Below, piece after piece: positions 29,101 to 32,000 of a stretch of DNA of 32,000 nucleotides. Source of the DNA: Candidatus Harpocratesius repetitus (GTDB lineage Archaea; Asgardarchaeota; Lokiarchaeia; Sigyniarchaeales; Promethearchaeaceae); NCBI GenBank assembly GCA_021498095.1, contig JAIZWK010000001.1, forward strand, positions 840,001 through 872,000, in the 5' to 3' direction. The notes beneath the pieces are model-generated. The model saw nothing but the letters and a program-made list of their open reading frames with translations. It was not told the origin of the DNA and ran no database searches. A program made the position numbers and the translations under genes. Within the stretch, counting starts at the first letter, position 1. Each line of letters begins with the position of its first letter.

Positions 29101-32000
29101 ATCGAAATGTATTCGATGATTCTAACATTATTGCAATTTTAAATGGGGAAAATTTTATTGAACCTCTTCCTGAAGAAGTTAAAAAAGGAATATTAGATAA
29201 AAATATTGTTCGATTAAATAAAACTTCTAATGGAGATGCCTCTTTTATAGAAATAAAGGATATTTCTCAAGTTATTCATCTTGCTGGGCAAATTGGTGCA
29301 TTTGATCCCAAAAAAGATTTTCTTCTGGATGATAAACTGCTGAATGCTCTGGATATCACTTCAAAATTAGCAATTGGCGCCGGATTGGAAGCTTTGAAAG
29401 ATGCTGGAATTCCTTTAGTAAAATCAAAGATTACTACAACAACAGGTAAGATAATTTCTGGAGATTGGGCATTACCAGAAGAACTACAAAGAGATACCGG
29501 TGTTATTTTTGCCTCTGCATTTCCTGGATTGGACAATTTGGTAAAGGATCTTACCACTCACTTAACACAACAGTTAAAATTAGAAACATTTGAGAAATTT
29601 AATCAAAAGTTTTCCAAATTTCTAAATGAAATTTCTCATTCCAAAATTAAAAAAGAGTTAGAAGAATGGTATTATGAAAATAAAGCCTTAATTTTTGGTG
29701 ATAAGAAAGATCTTATACATTTTAACCGTGCATTTCTCTTTCGAATCTTATCCATGGGTCATTCCCAATTTGCACAAATTATCAAAGCTAAAGGGCCAAA
29801 TACACAAGTAAATGCTGCATGTGCATCTACTACTAATGCTTTCGCAATTGCTGAAGACTGGATTAGAACTGGGCGCTGTAATCGAGTAATTGTGATTTCT
29901 GGAGATTGTCCAACTACAAAAAGTCTCTTTCCATGGCTTGGAGCAGGATTTGTTGCAAGTGGAGCTGGAACAATCAAACAAAACTTAACAGATGCAGTTT
30001 TACCCTTTGGAATTGGTCGAAATGGCCTTATTGCTGGAGCGGGTGCGTCTGCATTTGTTCTAGAAACTCAATCTGAATCAAATAGACGTGGGATTAAGCC
30101 AATCGTTGATTTATTAGGAACACAAATAAGCAATAGTGCATATCATGGATCTCGTCTTGATAAACTAGACATTACGGAAGAATTCAATCGTTTTATTACA
30201 ACAATGGTTAATCAACACAAAATCACAAAATCTGAAATTGCTCGTAAAGGTATGTTTGTCAGTCATGAAACTTACACACCGGCTCGAGGTGGAAGTTCTG
30301 AATCAGAATTGGAAGCATTATCTAATACTTTCGGACCAGATGTGAGTAAATTACTCATTATCAACACCAAAGGATTTACTGGTCATCTTATGGGAGTTGG
30401 TATGGAAGAAGCTGTTGCGATAAAATCAATTGAGTACGGGATTATTCCTCCAATTGCAAATTTTGGTAAAATAGATCCAAAATATAGCAAGTTTTACTTC
30501 TCAACTGGGATTAAAGAACGAAAAGATTATGCAATTCGGTTTGCTGCAGGTTTTGGATCCCAAATTGCAATTTTAATGTTCCGAAAAAATACACCCACTA
30601 ATAGAAAGGATGAAAAAGTGTATCATGCTTGGCTTCAATCTGTTGCAGGTTCAACTTCTCTCTTTTTAGATGGCCGAGTTTTAAAAGTAGACTCAAAACA
30701 GCAAATTTCATTCTCACAAAAGCAATCAATTCCATCTATTTTACAAACATCAAAATCAAATGAAACAATTTTAGCCACCTTGATTCAAATTATTGCTGAA
30801 AAAACAGGTTATGATATCTCAGATCTTGAACCACAGTACCATTTAGAAGAAGATTTAGGGATTGATACGATTAAACAAGCAGAGATTTTCGGAGAAATTG
30901 GAGAGAAATGGAATATTGAGGAAAATCAGTCTTGGAATATTAGTGAAATGCAAAGTATTGCGGATATAGCCAAAGTATTATCGCGAATGGTGAATGACTC
31001 ATCTCAGATTTCATCCCAGACTTCAAGTAATAATCATATTAATCAAAATAATTGGGAAGAAAAAGTCCGGGCAATTATTTCGGAAATTACAGGTTATGAT
31101 CATGAAGATATTCAATTGGATTTTGATTTAGAAGAAGATCTGGGGATTGATACCATAAAACAAGCAGAGATTTTTGGTAGAATTAGAGAAGAATGGCAAA
31201 TTCCTGAAGAGACTAGTATCAATCTTACAGAATTTCGTAGTATTAATGATATTCTTGCCTTTTTATCTAAAAATTTCTCTGGTTCCAGCTCTCAAACTAA
31301 AAATACCATTGATCTAAGTACATCAGAAACAAATATTGACCAACCAACTCAAATCAAAGAAGAGGAGATCAAGAAAATTATATCTGAAGTGACTGGTTAT
31401 GATCTTGAAGATATTCAATCTGATTTTGATTTAGAAGAAGATCTGGGGATTGATACCATAAAACAAGCCGAAATTTTTGGGCGCATTAGAGAAGAATGGC
31501 AAATCTCTGAAGATACTCAAATAAATCTAGCTGATTTTCGAACGATTCAAGATATTTTAACTCTTTTGAATTCAACTAAAAAAGTAAATAATTCAATAGA
31601 TAATAGTGTTGCAACTGTCGATAATTCTCAGATCTCTAAAAGTAATGATAAAAATAGAAGTGAATCCAATATAGATCAAGTTAAATCAATTATTGCAGAA
31701 ATTACAGGTTATGATTCAGAAGATTTGGAACTAGATTTTGATTTAGAGGAAGATCTGGGGATTGATACCATAAAACAAGCGGAAATATTTGGTCAGATTC
31801 GTGAGAAATGGCAAATTTCAGATGAATCTTTGATTAATATCGCTGAATTTCGGACAATAAGAGATATTTTAAATTACATCACAAAAATTAATGAAAGAAA
31901 TCTAAGTTCCCAAGAAATTCCCCAAATTGCGAAATCATCAAATGAAAATAGAACAGTAAACGAAATTATAGAATCACGAATAAAATCGATAATATCAAGA
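24087..32000 (+). CDS. giant type I FAS/PKS-like synthase: pseudoER-ER-KS-AT-KS-ACPn (3'-partial, at least 2638 aa; not in the ORF track)
   Basis: GAGGT at 24075-24079, ATG 24087. Hand translation stays open to the window end, and every motif falls in the same frame: YPIIQGPM (25137), ECGGH (25533), DAACASS (26892), HGT (27303), GH (27417), GQGSQ (27798), GHSLG (28068), NAACAST (29811), four GIDTIKQ. Confidence 0.95.
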   Translation, partial: MKKPHEILKILNNTLPIWGYNPQGFEDITVLVTLCENNAVGILNTESLSILQTNKIIKRISKQIQPSKIWGIRITNEDFISDLDFSTNNVIAICSFVPSSKSLEILKKKSLLICAEVLTSQEAKSKAKWADFFLVRGNEAGGFVSNRNSFIQIQEFYKLGYSFIIEGGFGIYNVGAALIGGALGVVYESQLYLLNESPLSHQFKSYIKTLQENDFYLFAESEHFNFRLIGKLANKSIREVKLKEKDFYKQILEKEGDITREEFTKILFSVIQKDRGKQIGFPDFSSKYPKHSFLPCDHGIIFANQIAEQFQSISRFIQKITEIIIRQHKLIKKQWPFQESSPFAQNINVKYPIIQGPMANITESIEFAQIVADHGALPTFALGGLMGPEADALLEKISNSSLQNYQYMAGIIGLEVVKKRRELQLESIKKHNVPFTLIAAGSVDLAKQVIRQGERVFLHTPALSMFKEAVKNQIEFLILEGSECGGHIGTLSSWILWENILQYCKKEQQSFSQKINVIFAGGIINETSSAMLAMMIGDHLDIINPGIQMGTSYLFTPEITSSKALSPLYQNLLLNHDSTRVIGATVNTRARVIPSIFSSETIKKELHRITEEIPISKRKELYEKDNLGALRIAAQAEIWNNDHIPGTGTTQFIPISPEKQEKLGAFMTGESLTLRTTVVPIKNLHYDITKGGFHKVSNLQKYNSLNQILNFKNQLKSKPVFEKTKKKFADSRVAIVGIGGVFPDASNINEFWDNILSEKYSITEVPKDRWNYEIYFSEDRNQKDKTYTKIGGFIKDFKFKSIKFRIPPQMAKRMDPVQKWALTAAKEALMDANYPIDGKQSLSLAVIIGNSLGGEIQRYNDKRVFFNEINHYLYQAEKKNIGDSNSIRRIKSYLEENIIKNILPINEDTMPGELSNIIAGRISNVFNLNGKNLTTDAACASSLAALDTAVKGLLLGDYDAVLAGGADHSMDPSVFIKFSKIGALSAKKSCPFDAEADGFVMGEGAGFVVLKRLSDAIRDNNKIYAVIRGIGASSDGRGKGITAPNLQGQKMAVIRALDSAKIQEKDLQYIECHGTSTVIGDATELMVLQELLHSKNPSQKIAIGSVKSQIGHLKSAAAIASIIKTSLALYHKIIPPSINFNIPNPKIDWDNVPFYVNTHAKEWIRPQNSIRRAGVSAFGFGGTNFHVILEEFCPESLNNSINSIPEYIPYSEGIIQTNQKSAFSFDNSDPSLVFMFSGQGSQYVGMGHELYETIPEIRDILNRANEICQSFGDFNLLQILFGDKSKSKSENQKILTQTQFTQPAIFSLEIALFKYLNNRGIVPGIVAGHSLGEFSALVTAGVMDFEDALKAVIIRGQAMGTSTPDSKCGMAALLCPISQVEEILKKVKEGNVSISNYNSPTQTVISGDLVGIQNALKVCQKENVRAKQLNVSQAFHSKFVASAGSKLAEYLNTIKFHKPNIPVYSNVLGSAYPTNSDKIKGILLDQITSPVRWTDEIEQIYNAGGRKFVEVGPKKALFYFAKEILKKAKNVSQFFTLTPKKSEVEYLKQITDEISNQMQNREQNFSLKSKYLFSKQNLPKILSQNKEISNNNVFDELISDKTIQSLSTQPHFREFLAQQKEILAPMLKASYSQFIRLYRQEQERKKKESSQFIQNTLQIGVTGVGLGIPGKNRNVFDDSNIIAILNGENFIEPLPEEVKKGILDKNIVRLNKTSNGDASFIEIKDISQVIHLAGQIGAFDPKKDFLLDDKLLNALDITSKLAIGAGLEALKDAGIPLVKSKITTTTGKIISGDWALPEELQRDTGVIFASAFPGLDNLVKDLTTHLTQQLKLETFEKFNQKFSKFLNEISHSKIKKELEEWYYENKALIFGDKKDLIHFNRAFLFRILSMGHSQFAQIIKAKGPNTQVNAACASTTNAFAIAEDWIRTGRCNRVIVISGDCPTTKSLFPWLGAGFVASGAGTIKQNLTDAVLPFGIGRNGLIAGAGASAFVLETQSESNRRGIKPIVDLLGTQISNSAYHGSRLDKLDITEEFNRFITTMVNQHKITKSEIARKGMFVSHETYTPARGGSSESELEALSNTFGPDVSKLLIINTKGFTGHLMGVGMEEAVAIKSIEYGIIPPIANFGKIDPKYSKFYFSTGIKERKDYAIRFAAGFGSQIAILMFRKNTPTNRKDEKVYHAWLQSVAGSTSLFLDGRVLKVDSKQQISFSQKQSIPSILQTSKSNETILATLIQIIAEKTGYDISDLEPQYHLEEDLGIDTIKQAEIFGEIGEKWNIEENQSWNISEMQSIADIAKVLSRMVNDSSQISSQTSSNNHINQNNWEEKVRAIISEITGYDHEDIQLDFDLEEDLGIDTIKQAEIFGRIREEWQIPEETSINLTEFRSINDILAFLSKNFSGSSSQTKNTIDLSTSETNIDQPTQIKEEEIKKIISEVTGYDLEDIQSDFDLEEDLGIDTIKQAEIFGRIREEWQISEDTQINLADFRTIQDILTLLNSTKKVNNSIDNSVATVDNSQISKSNDKNRSESNIDQVKSIIAEITGYDSEDLELDFDLEEDLGIDTIKQAEIFGQIREKWQISDESLINIAEFRTIRDILNYITKINERNLSSQEIPQIAKSSNENRTVNEIIESRIKSIISR
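26280..27660 (+). other. domain: ketosynthase 1 (type I / Pfa-like), Cys-His-His intact
   Basis: RVAIVGIGGVFPDA start, MDPVQ, DAAC (Cys 26901), ECHGT (His 27303), KSQIGHLK (His 27420), SAFGFGGTNFH. Confidence 0.95.
27783..28680 (+). other. domain: acyltransferase (malonyl-CoA:ACP transacylase-like)
   Basis: FMFSGQGSQY, TQPAIF, GHSLGE (Ser 28074), Arg in IRG, SQAFHS, PVRW, FVEVGP. Confidence 0.93.
29058..30587 (+). other. domain: ketosynthase 2 (FabF-like), Cys-His-His intact
   Basis: IGVTGVG start, EALKDAG, NAAC (Cys 29820), SHET (His 30264), TKGFTGHLMG (His 30384), AAGFGS. Confidence 0.88.
30762..32000 (+). repeat. tandem ACP domains: 4 complete plus the probable start of a fifth, all with GIDT
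   Basis: TGY...LEEDLGIDTIKQAEIFG with the Thr codon at 30867, 31152, 31455 and 31767 (spacing 95, 101 and 104 aa). IKSIISR at the window end resembles helix 1 of another copy. Confidence 0.92.

Noticed and set aside
24152-29981. Six short track ORFs (24152-24538, 24841-25047, 26299-26553, 29276-29557, 29748-29981, 29759-29977) suggesting a gene-poor region
   Set aside because: All are antisense or out-of-frame shadows of the megasynthase ORF, whose own frame carries all the recognisable motifs.
30762-32000. ~300-nt periodic repeats as a CRISPR array or mobile-element repeat
   Set aside because: They translate in frame to ACP domains; the period and divergence do not fit CRISPR, and no cas gene is present.
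24087-32000. Calling the synthase a PUFA synthase (pfaA) with a defined product
   Set aside because: The domain order differs from PfaA, and the KR, DH and release domains are outside the window, so the product cannot be inferred.
1-32000. Mobile element or genomic-island signature (integrase, transposase, att site at tRNA-Val)
   Set aside because: No recombinase or transposase motifs and no duplicated tRNA 3' end were seen in the window.

Overview
AT-rich archaeal chromosomal DNA, most consistent with an Asgard archaeon (Lokiarchaeia-like). This assignment is inferred from a profilin-like gene, the archaeal psmA-SBDS-rrp4-rrp41-rrp42-rpl37ae-pcc1 superoperon and an archaeal-type tRNA-Val. 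The left and middle parts hold a 5'-truncated P-type ATPase with a remodelled ion site, an M1 aminopeptidase, a V4R protein, tRNA-Val(UAC), a degenerate XPD/DinG-like helicase, a DUF2110-like protein, a GNAT, an alpha/beta hydrolase, a flavodoxin-ferredoxin, the exosome/proteasome operon (Rrp41 with a long acidic tail), a coiled-coil protein and a hybrid histidine kinase. The main result is missing from the ORF track because it runs off the window. One reading frame is open from ATG 24087 to the end (at least 2638 codons, hand-translated) and encodes a type I FAS/PKS-like megasynthase: pseudo-ER + FabK-type ER, KS, AT, a second FabF-like KS, and at least 4 (probably 5 or more) tandem ACPs. Every complete ACP has Thr (GIDT) where the phosphopantetheine Ser is expected. 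The gene lies directly behind an acyl-CoA carboxyltransferase and a divergent biotin ligase. This looks like an ACP-dependent fatty-acid/polyketide pathway in an archaeon.
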